From IMG/VR virus record IMGVR_UViG_3300021067_000001, positions 1-64,000 of that record: a stretch of DNA of 64,000 nt; one strand, written 5' to 3'. Below are positions 1-9,010 of this stretch, one piece after another. This stretch comes from a virus. The stretch's first letter is position 1. Each line of letters starts with the position of its first letter. The translations under genes were made by a program, and so were the position numbers. Below the pieces are notes generated by a model, which saw only the letters and a list, made by a program, of their open reading frames with translations, was not told the DNA's origin and did not search any database.

Positions 1-138
1 ATCCGACGTGGAGATGATATGTTTGATGAATCAGATGTCAAGAAGGTGGTGAAACTTAAGTTGGCTAGAGGCAAGCCTAGCAAGGGCACCAAGAAGGATA
101 TGCGTTTGAAGAAGAACCGCAAGCGCAAGAAGAGGTGA
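1..138 (+). CDS. 3' end of a CDS truncated by the window start (Lys/Arg-rich tail)
   Basis: Frame 1 is open from base 1 to TGA 136-138 (...KGTKKDMRLKKNRKRKKR*). The next gene starts 4 nt later. Identity (portal or another head protein) cannot be determined. Confidence 0.4.
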   Translation: MRRGDDMFDESDVKKVVKLKLARGKPSKGTKKDMRLKKNRKRKKR

Positions 139-141
139 GAA

Positions 142-405
142 ATGGCTGTCTCGCGGATGCCAAAGCAATTGCGACAAAGTTATTTGCGTGGCAAGGTTGC
201 GGCGAGAATTCGTTGGGGCACTGGCGGAGATTATGGGCGTTGCACTAAGCAAGCTACGAAACATGGTATGACTCCAGGGCAAGCCCATGGAGTTTGTCAA
301 ACTTTGCATAAAGCTGCAACTGGGATGTATACAGGAGACAAGCGCCACAGAAAAGGTAGAAACTCTACTGCTGGCGCTAGGATTAGGCGAAAGCTGGGAC
401 GCTAA
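142..405 (+). CDS. small basic phage protein with RIRWGTGGDYGRC motif
   Basis: ATG preceded by AGAGGTGAG; 87 aa. The motif RIRWGTGGDYGRC...GVCQTLHKAATG resembles small proteins I recall from actinophage head modules. Function unknown. Confidence 0.55.
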   Translation: MAVSRMPKQLRQSYLRGKVAARIRWGTGGDYGRCTKQATKHGMTPGQAHGVCQTLHKAATGMYTGDKRHRKGRNSTAGARIRRKLGR

Positions 406-1088
406 TGGCCATGGAGGTTGGCGTACTTGTTTGCGAATATCGACGTGTGGATGGTACGCCAGCCACCGGAAAGATAATTGTACAGCCAGTAAATAACTAT
501 GATGATGGGTCAATTGTCGTAGTTCCCTCGGCTGTATCTTATGACATTGAGCCGGATGGAAGTTTCGCTGCTTCTGTTTACGTGGACAATGTGGATATTA
601 CGCCTGATTTGTATCTGAAGATCACAGAGAAGATTGACGGCGTATTGAATCCAAAGCCATACATAATCAAGCCTGAAGGACAGGAGACAAATCTTGCTAC
701 CGCTGTTCGCTATACTCTTGGACCTTTGCTACCGAGCGGCGATGGAACTCAAGGACCACCCGGAGAAGCTGCAACAATCACAGTCGGAAGTACCACGACC
801 GGAGCAGCCGGAACAAATGCTTCTGTGGTAAATGCCGGCACAACATCTCAGGCTGTTTTGAATTTCACTATCCCGCGCGGTGCGCAGGGAGTGCAAGGCG
901 TGCAGGGGAATCCTGGCGTAGATGGCGAAGATGGAGCTGATGGTCAAGACACAAATTACCTTTGGGTAAATGTTGTCACCGGGAATGAAGCTAGACCTGC
1001 TGTGGATAATGTTCTCTGGATTGGAGGGTCCACAGAGCCGATTAATATCGCAATTGGCGATGTATGGCTTAAGGAAGCTGCGCCCTGA
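405..1088 (+). CDS. collagen-like (Gly-X-Y) repeat structural protein
   Basis: TAATG start/stop overlap. Gly-X-Y runs GDGTQGPPGEA and GAQGVQGVQGNPGVDGEDGADGQD. Sits in the virion module. Confidence 0.6.
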   Translation: MAMEVGVLVCEYRRVDGTPATGKIIVQPVNNYDDGSIVVVPSAVSYDIEPDGSFAASVYVDNVDITPDLYLKITEKIDGVLNPKPYIIKPEGQETNLATAVRYTLGPLLPSGDGTQGPPGEAATITVGSTTTGAAGTNASVVNAGTTSQAVLNFTIPRGAQGVQGVQGNPGVDGEDGADGQDTNYLWVNVVTGNEARPAVDNVLWIGGSTEPINIAIGDVWLKEAAP

Positions 1089-1834
1089 TGGCAGTCATTC
1101 TTAATGGAACCAATCAGGGCGTAAATTGCGGATTGAGCGAAATGCTTCTTTCGCAAGCCGGATCTGTATTTGTATATTTCGAGGTAGTTTCAACTCAGAA
1201 TTCTGATAGTGATTATGTGTGTATGGGAATGGGAGATGGAACAAGAGCTGTAGAAATCGTTGGGCTAGCCTCTGGAGTAACCTTCCAGGCGATGTCTATC
1301 AGCGGCAGTATTATCAGCGTGCAAATCACTGGCTCTATTAAAAATGGCGCACTTCGCCGAGTTTTTGTTGGGTGGAGTCAACAAACAGATCGGAGATTTG
1401 CATACGTTGATGGATCGCAGACGAGCCAATCTATTTTCGGTGGTTTCCCTGACCCCGACAATCTATCTCTTGGGATGACTACGCTGGGATATCGTCCTTG
1501 GACGGGAAATAATCGATATCTCGCAGGGCAGCTTTCAAATATAGCAATTTGGACGGGCAATACATTCGGAACAGAGGTTGCAGAGAATGCTGCGGCTTTG
1601 GCGTTGACGACAAATGCTGCGATTCCGCTAGAATATTCCCCCGATGCATTTTGGCCGCTGGACTATGATGCAAGGGACATGGGGCCAAACGGACTTCACG
1701 GTACCCTTGTCGGAGCCCCCGCATTCACTGAAGAGCCACCTGATCCTGCGTTTGAAAGTCGTTGGGTCAGAGGTGATGGTATTGGACTTCAACCCTTTTT
1801 GAAAACAGCTGACGGACTTGTGGAGATGGAGTAG
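1088..1834 (+). CDS. LamG/concanavalin-like lectin-fold protein (tentative)
   Basis: Coupled start (TGATG); 248 aa. The ...NRYLAGQLSNIAIWTGN... pattern resembles LamG jelly-roll domains. Recognised from memory only. Confidence 0.5.
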   Translation: MAVILNGTNQGVNCGLSEMLLSQAGSVFVYFEVVSTQNSDSDYVCMGMGDGTRAVEIVGLASGVTFQAMSISGSIISVQITGSIKNGALRRVFVGWSQQTDRRFAYVDGSQTSQSIFGGFPDPDNLSLGMTTLGYRPWTGNNRYLAGQLSNIAIWTGNTFGTEVAENAAALALTTNAAIPLEYSPDAFWPLDYDARDMGPNGLHGTLVGAPAFTEEPPDPAFESRWVRGDGIGLQPFLKTADGLVEME

Positions 1835-1836
1835 TT

Positions 1837-2316
1837 ATGGCAGGACGTTGGGTTGAAGCCCTTCATCCCCGTGACAGCCGGGGTCGTTTTCGCCGCAAGG
1901 GCAAGGTTTCCTTTCGCCTGGGAACGCGCAGCGCTAGCGTTTCTTATGGACGTACTATTGCAATTATTCCTGGTAAGGTTGGGTTACACCTTGGTGTTTT
2001 GGCTCGCATCGAAAGTTTGAGTGAGCGCCGGGGTTACCTCGCGCGACTCACAGATCGGATGCTGGGACAGCTAGCCAAGCGTGTTCCCGAGAAGCAGCGA
2101 AGCACTGTTCTTGACGTTCTTAAGCGTCGCAAGGCTCAGGTCGGTGGCGTACAGATTCATCAGATTGGCGGCCAGCGTAGAGCCGCCTCGCTGAAGATTA
2201 GCAAAGCAATTGCACCGGCAAAGCGTGCACAGGCCGGTGTACGCGCGCCAAACCGCAAGCCACGAACCAGATCGCTTGCTCGCAACTCCGCGCGGGGGAA
2301 GAGGATTGCTGCATGA
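1837..2316 (+). CDS. basic protein with N-terminal LHPRDSRGRF motif
   Basis: MAGRWVEALHPRDSRGRFRRKG. The HPRDxxGRF-type motif recurs in phage head-module and MuF-associated proteins. The rest is Arg/Lys-rich. Confidence 0.55.
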   Translation: MAGRWVEALHPRDSRGRFRRKGKVSFRLGTRSASVSYGRTIAIIPGKVGLHLGVLARIESLSERRGYLARLTDRMLGQLAKRVPEKQRSTVLDVLKRRKAQVGGVQIHQIGGQRRAASLKISKAIAPAKRAQAGVRAPNRKPRTRSLARNSARGKRIAA

Positions 2317-2624
2317 ATGAGATGGAACGACCAGAAGACACTGTTCGCAGATTTGCGCAGAAGATTGTAGAGCTGGAAGCTTGGCAAGCAAAGTATCGCG
2401 AAGCAGCGGATCTTTGGGAAGAGTTGCAGCCCGAGGAAGGACAGCAAATTGTTTCTGCTGTTCTAATTGGAAAGTTGGTAAACTTTGGAGGTGATACCAA
2501 AGAGGATCGCGCACCCTATGTTTCCGTGTCTCGAACAGATGATATGGACTGGATGGATCAAATGGGAATAATCGATGCAGCCCATGACTTTATTCATGCT
2601 GAGCCTTGGGGCAGGCAGGCGTGA
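2313..2624 (+). CDS. hypothetical protein
   Basis: ATGA coupling to the upstream gene; 103-aa acidic ORF in the operon frame pattern. Confidence 0.5.
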   Translation: MNEMERPEDTVRRFAQKIVELEAWQAKYREAADLWEELQPEEGQQIVSAVLIGKLVNFGGDTKEDRAPYVSVSRTDDMDWMDQMGIIDAAHDFIHAEPWGRQA

Positions 2625-2992
2625 ATGGGTCTATGCCAATTTGGTGCAAGGAAGAGTTGCAGCGAATGGCTGCGTCATCGCCAACGCGTGAAATTTGCGG
2701 ATTCATTATGCGTGAATGGAGAATCCACTTAATTGATAACATAGCTCCTGTTGATAGAGAATTCTACATGGATGAGAGTCAGCAATTAGATGCGATGCTT
2801 GAATGGCGAGGAGAAATCCTTGGGGTTTATCACAGCCATCCAAGTGGAAATCCAACGCCAAGTTGTAAAGACATCGAGAATGCTCCACGCGGGATGCGGT
2901 ACTGGATCATTACAATGTCTGAAGTAGTTGAGTGGGAGATTAAGAATGGCATCGCTCAAGCCAGAGAAGTTGACGCAGAAATCGTGGCTTGA
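2621..2992 (+). CDS. JAB/MPN+ (JAMM) metalloprotease-like protein
   Basis: REICGF...VYHSHPSGNPTPSCKD fits the E...HxHx7Sx2D JAMM signature. GTGA coupling at 2621 (alternative starts TTG 2606, ATG 2633). Confidence 0.75.
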   Translation: MNGSMPIWCKEELQRMAASSPTREICGFIMREWRIHLIDNIAPVDREFYMDESQQLDAMLEWRGEILGVYHSHPSGNPTPSCKDIENAPRGMRYWIITMSEVVEWEIKNGIAQAREVDAEIVA

Positions 2993-3884
2993 TCGATACA
3001 TTAAAGTGCAAAAGACTTATGACAGTGATCTGGTAAGGATTCTGCAAAAAGCTGCATCTGACGTTGAGCGCGAAATTCGAAAGCAGCAGATGAAGCAAGG
3101 CATCGGGGCTGCGACAAGGGCTGCTCAGCTTATGAGTGCTCGGGGATCGATTGGACGAACCCTTGCATATGTATGGAAGCAGATTGGGGATTTGGTGCGC
3201 TCTGGGCGAGCAGATGCGCAGGCTGCTGCAGTTATGCAAAGTTTCAGTTGGGAAGAATATTTGCTGTCTCGGGCAATCCCTGATGCCGCAGAGAGAAATT
3301 CCATTCTTCAATATTTGCTTGATAGTTCTGACAAGAACATTGATGCGATGCTGGCGAGAGTATTTAAGACACAACAGACTTTGAGCCAGCGAGTTTATCG
3401 CTCACAGAATTTGAGCAATGGATGGGTTTCTGATACTGTGAACTCAGCATTGGCTCGTGGAGCTACAGCAGCGGAACTAGCGGCTGAAGTCAGAGATATG
3501 ATTCGGCCAGATACGCAAGGTGGAGTTAGCTTTGCGGCGAAGAGGTTGGCTCGTACTGAAATCAACAATGCATACCATGCTCAAGCAGTTGACTCCGCGC
3601 GGGATAAGCCGTGGATTAATGGCATGCGCTGGAAGCTCAGTGATACGCATAAGATTCCTGATGATTGCAATAAATATGCTTTACAGGAAAATGGTCTGGG
3701 TGCAGGCATTTGGCCTGTGAACATGGTTCCAAATAAGCCGCATCCTCAATGTCTTTGTTATGTAATTCCTGAACTACCAAGTGTTGCGGAATTCAACCAG
3801 AATCTCCGACTTGGGCTGTATGACGCGTACTTTGACAGCAATTTTTCTGCAGATATTGCTTCTGCCGGAAAATTGGCCGGATAG
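2946..3884 (+). CDS. head morphogenesis protein, Mu F / SPP1 gp7-like
   Basis: AAKRLARTEINNAYHAQAV core typical of MuF-family minor head proteins. ATG 2946 with GGGAG RBS (the ORF opens at TTG 2928). Confidence 0.75.
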   Translation: MASLKPEKLTQKSWLDRYIKVQKTYDSDLVRILQKAASDVEREIRKQQMKQGIGAATRAAQLMSARGSIGRTLAYVWKQIGDLVRSGRADAQAAAVMQSFSWEEYLLSRAIPDAAERNSILQYLLDSSDKNIDAMLARVFKTQQTLSQRVYRSQNLSNGWVSDTVNSALARGATAAELAAEVRDMIRPDTQGGVSFAAKRLARTEINNAYHAQAVDSARDKPWINGMRWKLSDTHKIPDDCNKYALQENGLGAGIWPVNMVPNKPHPQCLCYVIPELPSVAEFNQNLRLGLYDAYFDSNFSADIASAGKLAG

Positions 3885-3966
3885 GCTATTCACAACAGCA
3901 ATTTTTGTTTTACGCTATGCTTCCGGGGATACGGTAGACTTACCCTGAACCCGGAGGTTCACTCTG

Positions 3967-4695
3967 ATGCGGCAGCGTCGCATAGCTCGCATGCCATGGC
4001 TGGGCCAGGCAATGCTTCTGAGGAAGACGCCCATCGCTTTCATTGACGGAGAGCCAATCTATCCGATTTTCGGATCTGATGGAGAAGGCAATTCTGGCGG
4101 TGAAAATGACGATAAGGACGCCGGTGGCTCCGGTTCGGGCGCAGATGACGATGCAGATGATGAAGGTGATTCCAAGGAGGAACCACCCACTAATCCCAAG
4201 GAGTACAAGGCTTGGTTGAAGAACCAAGAGTTGTCTCGGGAGAATGCAAGTCGTCGTCGCAAGAACCGTGAATTGCTAGATGCGCTTGAAGCTCGGGACA
4301 AAGAACTTGAGGCTATCAGGCAAAAGGATTTGACTGAGCTGCAGAAGGCGCAAACTGCAGCCACAAAGGCAGAGAAGACAATTTTAGAGTTGACAGCAAG
4401 GTTGAGAGATCAGCAGGTCGAGCTTGCTTTTCTCAAGCTGCCGAGGGAGAAGTATGATTGGGAATCTCCTGCTGCAGCCCTTACGCTCCTTATAGCAGAG
4501 CATGGTTCAGATTTGGAATTGTCCGATGATGGATCGGTTGAAGGATTGGATAAGGCAGTAAAAGCTTTGGCTAGCAAGCACAAGTTTCTTCTGAAGCAGC
4601 CCGCAGCCAGCAAGAATGGATCTACTGGAGGCAACTTCAGCGGTGATAGCGGCGGCGCACAGAAGGAAGATGCTGCGAAGCGTTTTCGGTTCTAG
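3967..4695 (+). CDS. scaffolding protein (by composition and position)
   Basis: GGAGG RBS. Acidic low-complexity N-part (GADDDADDEGD) followed by a long K/E/L/A coiled-coil-like region. Immediately upstream of the capsid genes. Confidence 0.6.
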   Translation: MRQRRIARMPWLGQAMLLRKTPIAFIDGEPIYPIFGSDGEGNSGGENDDKDAGGSGSGADDDADDEGDSKEEPPTNPKEYKAWLKNQELSRENASRRRKNRELLDALEARDKELEAIRQKDLTELQKAQTAATKAEKTILELTARLRDQQVELAFLKLPREKYDWESPAAALTLLIAEHGSDLELSDDGSVEGLDKAVKALASKHKFLLKQPAASKNGSTGGNFSGDSGGAQKEDAAKRFRF

Positions 4696-4710
4696 GAGAG
4701 GACATCACTG

Positions 4711-5169
4711 GTGGCGAGATACGACAAGTATGAGCCGTATGCGAATGGCTTTCGGGCCGTACTCGCTGCGGACTTCGGTTACACGGGCGGTTTGCCCGAC
4801 AGGAACCATGCTGACCTTGGACAGCCTTTTGCCGTTGGTTTGAATGCCAGCGGCCAGGTTGTCAAGGGCGCTGGGGTGACTGGTATCAAGGGCGTGATGA
4901 TTCTTACCATGCCAAAGGCCGCAGGTCAGGTCGTAGATGTCATGACCAGTGGTGAGATTCTTGAGTGGGAAACCACTGCAGGTGTTGCCGGTGTTGCTGG
5001 CACCAATTACTATGGCACAGCATCCTCGGGCGCTGTTGTTGTGGGAACGGGTGCCGGTGGTGTAACGCAACCCGCAGGAACGGTGCCTCTCGGCTTCACT
5101 GCAGAGGTTTCAACAACCAAGGGTGCTCGATTCATCATGCGCTATGTTGGCGCAACGGCGAGCGCGTGA
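4711..5169 (+). CDS. Gly/Val/Ala-rich head protein (decoration/DUF2190-like, tentative)
   Basis: GTG start with AGGAGAGG RBS; 152 aa. Lies between the scaffold and major capsid genes. Confidence 0.5.
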   Translation: MARYDKYEPYANGFRAVLAADFGYTGGLPDRNHADLGQPFAVGLNASGQVVKGAGVTGIKGVMILTMPKAAGQVVDVMTSGEILEWETTAGVAGVAGTNYYGTASSGAVVVGTGAGGVTQPAGTVPLGFTAEVSTTKGARFIMRYVGATASA

Positions 5170-5183
5170 GAGGGGGCGAAAAC

Positions 5184-6470
5184 ATGGCTTCGAGTACTTT
5201 GGTCAATCCGCTTTTCAAGCCAGGAATCATTGCGGCTCCATTCTCCGCTGATCCGGTGGCAGGCCATCGCCTTGTAGATTGGACTGAGTTCAATCTATTC
5301 CAGGCAATCGTGGGCGGCGAGGGTGGCTACCATGATGAGTCTGACATTCTGCCGGTTAGGACTACTGATGGCGTTGATATCAATGCTTTGTGGGCCGACT
5401 ACCAGGCGGTTCTGGAAGCATACAACCAGCGTCGACAGACTCTGGTGGATATTCTCACCTACCCGGTGCAGCAGCTGATCGAGAACGTTCCTGTCGTCGG
5501 CGATGCTGAGTTCGAGATTGCCTCCGAGTATGGCATCCCGAAGGCAAGCCGTATCGGCGTCGATTACGTTCAGATGGCGTATGACTTCGAGGACTACGAC
5601 GCTGCAATCCGATACACGTGGCGATTCCTCCGTGATGCGGATCAGCGTCAGGTCGACGCGGTTCACCAGGCAATGTTGGATGCAGACCGTCGCCTTGTGT
5701 TCCGCAAGGTGATGGAAGCGATTTTCGATAATCGCAACCGTGTCACAGACATCAATCACCAGAATTACCGTGTGTATCCGCTGTACAACGCGGATGGCAT
5801 GATTCCGCCGCCATACAAGAATAACACATTCTTGGGAACGCACTCTCATTACCTCACCAGCAACACTGCTGCTGGTGGTGGTGGTTACACGCTGATTGAC
5901 TCAGGCGACCTTGAGGACGCGTACGAGCACATTGCCCATCACGGTTACAACCGCGAGAATGGCACCACCTTTGTTGCCATTCTGAATGCGCGTGAGATGA
6001 AGGAAGTTCGGAAGTTTCGCGCGGGCGCTGTGAATAACAACAGCGTCACTGCGAATTACGACTTCATTCCTGCCCCAACGCAGCCGACCATGATTGTGCC
6101 GAACGAGGCTGGTTTGCTTGGCTCTCGGCCTCCGGCGACTTGGAATGGTCTGCCGGTGACGGGTTCCTACATGGACATCCTTCTGATTGAGGAAGATTAC
6201 ATCCCTGCTGGATACTTCCTCATGTTCGGAACTGGCGGTACCGGAAACCTGCAAAACCTCGTTGGCTTGCGAGAGCATGCAAATCCTGCCTACCGTGGCC
6301 TGCGCCTGCTTCCTGGCAACCAGCAGCGTTATCCTCTGGTTGACTCTTACTACAGCCGTGGATTCGGAACTGGCGTAAGACAGCGTGGTGGTGGTGTAGT
6401 TATGCAGCTCGTGGCTGGCACCACATATACGGTTCCGGCTGCCTACACTCGGGGCGGAGGTCTGATCTGA
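5184..6470 (+). CDS. major capsid protein (by position and size)
   Basis: ATG 5184 with AGAGGGGG RBS inside the longer ORF 4965..6470; 428 aa. Follows the scaffold gene. A strong terminator follows the next gene. Confidence 0.75.
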   Translation: MASSTLVNPLFKPGIIAAPFSADPVAGHRLVDWTEFNLFQAIVGGEGGYHDESDILPVRTTDGVDINALWADYQAVLEAYNQRRQTLVDILTYPVQQLIENVPVVGDAEFEIASEYGIPKASRIGVDYVQMAYDFEDYDAAIRYTWRFLRDADQRQVDAVHQAMLDADRRLVFRKVMEAIFDNRNRVTDINHQNYRVYPLYNADGMIPPPYKNNTFLGTHSHYLTSNTAAGGGGYTLIDSGDLEDAYEHIAHHGYNRENGTTFVAILNAREMKEVRKFRAGAVNNNSVTANYDFIPAPTQPTMIVPNEAGLLGSRPPATWNGLPVTGSYMDILLIEEDYIPAGYFLMFGTGGTGNLQNLVGLREHANPAYRGLRLLPGNQQRYPLVDSYYSRGFGTGVRQRGGGVVMQLVAGTTYTVPAAYTRGGGLI

Positions 6471-6895
6471 TGAGTCGGGAAGTTGATCTCACACAACCGC
6501 TGTCCGATGAGGATCGCAATTATCTTGAGGCGCGTGGTCGGCACGGCGAAGTTGCATACGCTGACTCGCGTTCACAGGCAGAGTTGAGCGATGACGAGCG
6601 TTATGAAATCGAGCAGCGAATGATCGCAGAGCAGAAGGGCAAGAGAATCCCTCTGCAGATGGACCCAGATGCTGTTCGTGATAATGTTTATGAAGAAGAC
6701 GAAGAGGAGCCAGAGCCCATTGAGCAGCAGGAGGGTGATGACCCTGACGATGTTGCTTATGTGGAGAAGGCTACGGTTGCTGATCTGCGAGAGCAGCTGT
6801 CTGCTCGGAGCCTCTCGACTTCTGGTAACAAGCCTGAACTTCAGCGCCGTATGCTGGATGCGCTGAAGCGGGAAACGCAGGAGTCTGAAGAATAA
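6470..6895 (+). CDS. acidic protein with C-terminal SAP/HeH-like motif
   Basis: TGATG coupling. Asp/Glu-rich centre. C-terminal ATVADLREQLSARSLSTSGNKPELQRRMLDAL matches a helix-extended-helix (SAP/Rho-N-like) pattern. Confidence 0.6.
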   Translation: MSREVDLTQPLSDEDRNYLEARGRHGEVAYADSRSQAELSDDERYEIEQRMIAEQKGKRIPLQMDPDAVRDNVYEEDEEEPEPIEQQEGDDPDDVAYVEKATVADLREQLSARSLSTSGNKPELQRRMLDALKRETQESEE

Positions 6896-6905
6896 GGTCG
6901 GTCAA

Positions 6906-6941
6906 GGCGGGTCTGAGGCAGACCCTCAGACCCGCCTTTTT
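6906..6941 (+). terminator. rho-independent terminator after the capsid operon
   Basis: GGCGGGTCTGAGG-cagac-CCTCAGACCCGCC gives a 13-bp perfect stem, followed by TTTTT. Confidence 0.8.
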
Positions 6942-6953
6942 GGCAGGAGAATA

Positions 6954-7277
6954 ATGGCAACCCAAGATGAAATTAGTGCCTTTAAGAATCTGCTGCCAAA
7001 GAATGCAGCCGATTATGGATGGACCGACGAACTCATCGGTCAGTTGATTGATGATGGAATTTCTCAGAACGCAATGCTTTTGCGGTACTGGGATAAGGTC
7101 GCTGCTGACACTTCAGAATATGTCGATATGAGCGAGTCTGGATCTTCCAGGGCTTTGTCTCAGATCCACAAGAGCGCTCTTGAGATGGCCAAGTTGTTCC
7201 AAGGGAGAATTGAGCAAGAGGAGAATCCGCCCGCGACAACTGCGGGAATTCGATCAAGGCCGATTGCGAGAGTGTAA
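6954..7277 (+). CDS. head-tail connector/adaptor (by position)
   Basis: First gene after the capsid terminator, with GGAGA RBS; 107 aa. Called by synteny only. Confidence 0.45.
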   Translation: MATQDEISAFKNLLPKNAADYGWTDELIGQLIDDGISQNAMLLRYWDKVAADTSEYVDMSESGSSRALSQIHKSALEMAKLFQGRIEQEENPPATTAGIRSRPIARV

Positions 7278-7678
7278 TGGTACAGCGAGGTCTAGATGTC
7301 AACAGAAGACTTACCAAAGCCTTCATTGACGATGACCCGCACACAATTACGCCGCATCGCCGCACCAAAATTGAATTGCCTGGAAATCAGTTTGAGTATG
7401 TTGATGGCCCAGCTTTACCCTCGCAAGTGGTAAAATTGGTGTATAAGGGAAGTGCCAGCAGCTTCGCTGGCGCTGAGGGATTGCAACTAACTTCAGATGG
7501 GCAAGAAACCAGATTCGATTTCACCATTGTATCCGAATGGGATGCAGATATTGAAGAGGGCGACTGGTTTCAAGACGAACAGGGTCAGCGATGGGAGATC
7601 AAGAAGGAAATTCCTCGCAATGACTATGAACGTAGGTTTGGCGTATCCGCGTATGGCGATAAGGTGAAAGGGGGTTGA
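7277..7678 (+). CDS. head-tail joining protein (by position)
   Basis: TAATG coupling; 133 aa. Called by synteny only. Confidence 0.4.
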   Translation: MVQRGLDVNRRLTKAFIDDDPHTITPHRRTKIELPGNQFEYVDGPALPSQVVKLVYKGSASSFAGAEGLQLTSDGQETRFDFTIVSEWDADIEEGDWFQDEQGQRWEIKKEIPRNDYERRFGVSAYGDKVKGG

Positions 7679-7679
7679 G

Positions 7680-8030
7680 ATGCCATTCTATTGGAATTCA
7701 GGGCAAATTCCCCGTCGGCTCGGCCAGCTGAGCCAACAGGTCGATCAGCGCATTGACATTATAATGGTGTCACAATCCCAGCGCGGGGAAGCTTACATGA
7801 AGTTGAATGCTCCTTGGACTGATAGGACTGGGGCTGCTCGCAACGGATTGTATTCTAGATTCTCTCGAAACAAATCGCAACGTGAGATTTTGCTATCTCA
7901 CAGCGTTGCTTATGGCATTTGGCTTGAAATAGCCAATTCCGGGGATTACCAGATTATTCTACCAACGCTGCGGATTATTGGGCGAGAAACTATGAAGCAG
8001 TTGGAAGATTTGTTTGGTGATTTGCGATGA
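7680..8030 (+). CDS. neck/tail-completion protein (by position)
   Basis: 116 aa, tightly packed. Called by synteny only. Confidence 0.4.
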   Translation: MPFYWNSGQIPRRLGQLSQQVDQRIDIIMVSQSQRGEAYMKLNAPWTDRTGAARNGLYSRFSRNKSQREILLSHSVAYGIWLEIANSGDYQIILPTLRIIGRETMKQLEDLFGDLR

Positions 8031-8464
8031 GTCGGGCTGCTGTAATTGAGATGCTTGGCAACGATTCTGTACTTGGTGATGCGCCATTCAATATCACTGA
8101 GAAGCATATATTTCCAACATATGCAATGCAAGGATCTCGTCGTCCCCCGATTGAAGCTGATGGGTATTTCTTTGTGTTGCGATGGGAAGAGACTTTGGAT
8201 GTCTTGGGAGACATCCAAGTTTTGACTGTTTGGGCGCATCGCAGCAGATCTGCTGGAGTAAATTTCAATGCTCTGCGAACTATGTTATTTAGAGCAAAGC
8301 ATATTTTAGAAGAAGCTGCATTTGTTACCGGGGGCGACGGTGATATTTTTGTGCAGGCAAAATATAAGGGTATGGGGCCTGATGCCAGCGACGAGGGTTA
8401 TGATACCCTCACGAAGTATGCCATTTTTGAAGTGAATACCAAAGTTGGGAGTACCAATGGCTAA
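8027..8464 (+). CDS. tail terminator-like protein (by position)
   Basis: ATGA coupling; 145 aa. Called by synteny only. Confidence 0.4.
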   Translation: MSRAAVIEMLGNDSVLGDAPFNITEKHIFPTYAMQGSRRPPIEADGYFFVLRWEETLDVLGDIQVLTVWAHRSRSAGVNFNALRTMLFRAKHILEEAAFVTGGDGDIFVQAKYKGMGPDASDEGYDTLTKYAIFEVNTKVGSTNG

Positions 8465-8819
8465 TCGCCAGCAGCCAGCTTCAGACGGAAGCACTGCACC
8501 TCAGGATGCTCCGCCCATTGACCAAAAGGCCGAAATTGTCGAGGAGGATATTACCAGCAAGCCGGGTGCGTTGCAGGCAGTTCGCCCACGTGAATCTGTT
8601 GAAGAATTGGAATCTGATGCAGATTACATCGAGTACAAGGGTCGGGCCACTGAGAGGCGAATTACAGCCGAACAGTGGGAGATGGCGCGAGTTAAGGATC
8701 AGTCTGAAGTCGTATGGAACGCAGCCAATGAATACAGGGTGCCTCTCAGCGACTTGAATTCCGCTGCAATTACTGCACTCCGTAGAGACGGGGCATTTGC
8801 AATTCCTGAAGGAAAGTGA
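8457..8819 (+). CDS. hypothetical virion-module protein
   Basis: ATG 8457 with TTGGGAG upstream (the ORF opens at TTG 8445). Acidic, 120 aa. Confidence 0.4.
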   Translation: MANRQQPASDGSTAPQDAPPIDQKAEIVEEDITSKPGALQAVRPRESVEELESDADYIEYKGRATERRITAEQWEMARVKDQSEVVWNAANEYRVPLSDLNSAAITALRRDGAFAIPEGK

Positions 8820-9010
8820 TGCAGGAAGACTTGAGATGCACAGGGAATAAACTCCATGGTGTTATCGGGCCCGGATGGATTGAATTCAAGTGCAACTCAG
8901 TCTTTTGCAAAGAGTCTCCTGAAATTGTTGTGATACACAGATGGTATTTCGACAAATTCAAGGAAGGCCCTGAAACCAGGCGGTATAAAGATCCAGGGAG
9001 GGAACGATGA
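8816..9010 (+). CDS. small Cys-containing protein
   Basis: GTGATG start overlapping the upstream stop; 64 aa with LRCTGNKLHG...EFKCNSVFC. Loosely Com-like, but the first Cys knuckle is incomplete. Confidence 0.4.
   Translation: MMQEDLRCTGNKLHGVIGPGWIEFKCNSVFCKESPEIVVIHRWYFDKFKEGPETRRYKDPGRER

Noticed and set aside
4965-5183. Upstream extension of the capsid ORF overlapping 4711..5169 in the -1 frame, which could suggest a decoration-capsid frameshift fusion.
   Set aside because: The extension translates to Cys/Arg/Trp-rich nonsense (CRCCRCCWHQLLW...). A good RBS and ATG at 5184 explain the capsid start, and I saw no slippery site. The open frame is probably a chance effect of GC-rich sequence.
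8816-9010. Mu Com-like zinc-finger translational regulator.
   Set aside because: The resemblance is only partial (LRC..NKL.G....EFKC...C). The first CxxC knuckle is incomplete (CTGN), so I annotated it only as a small Cys-containing protein.
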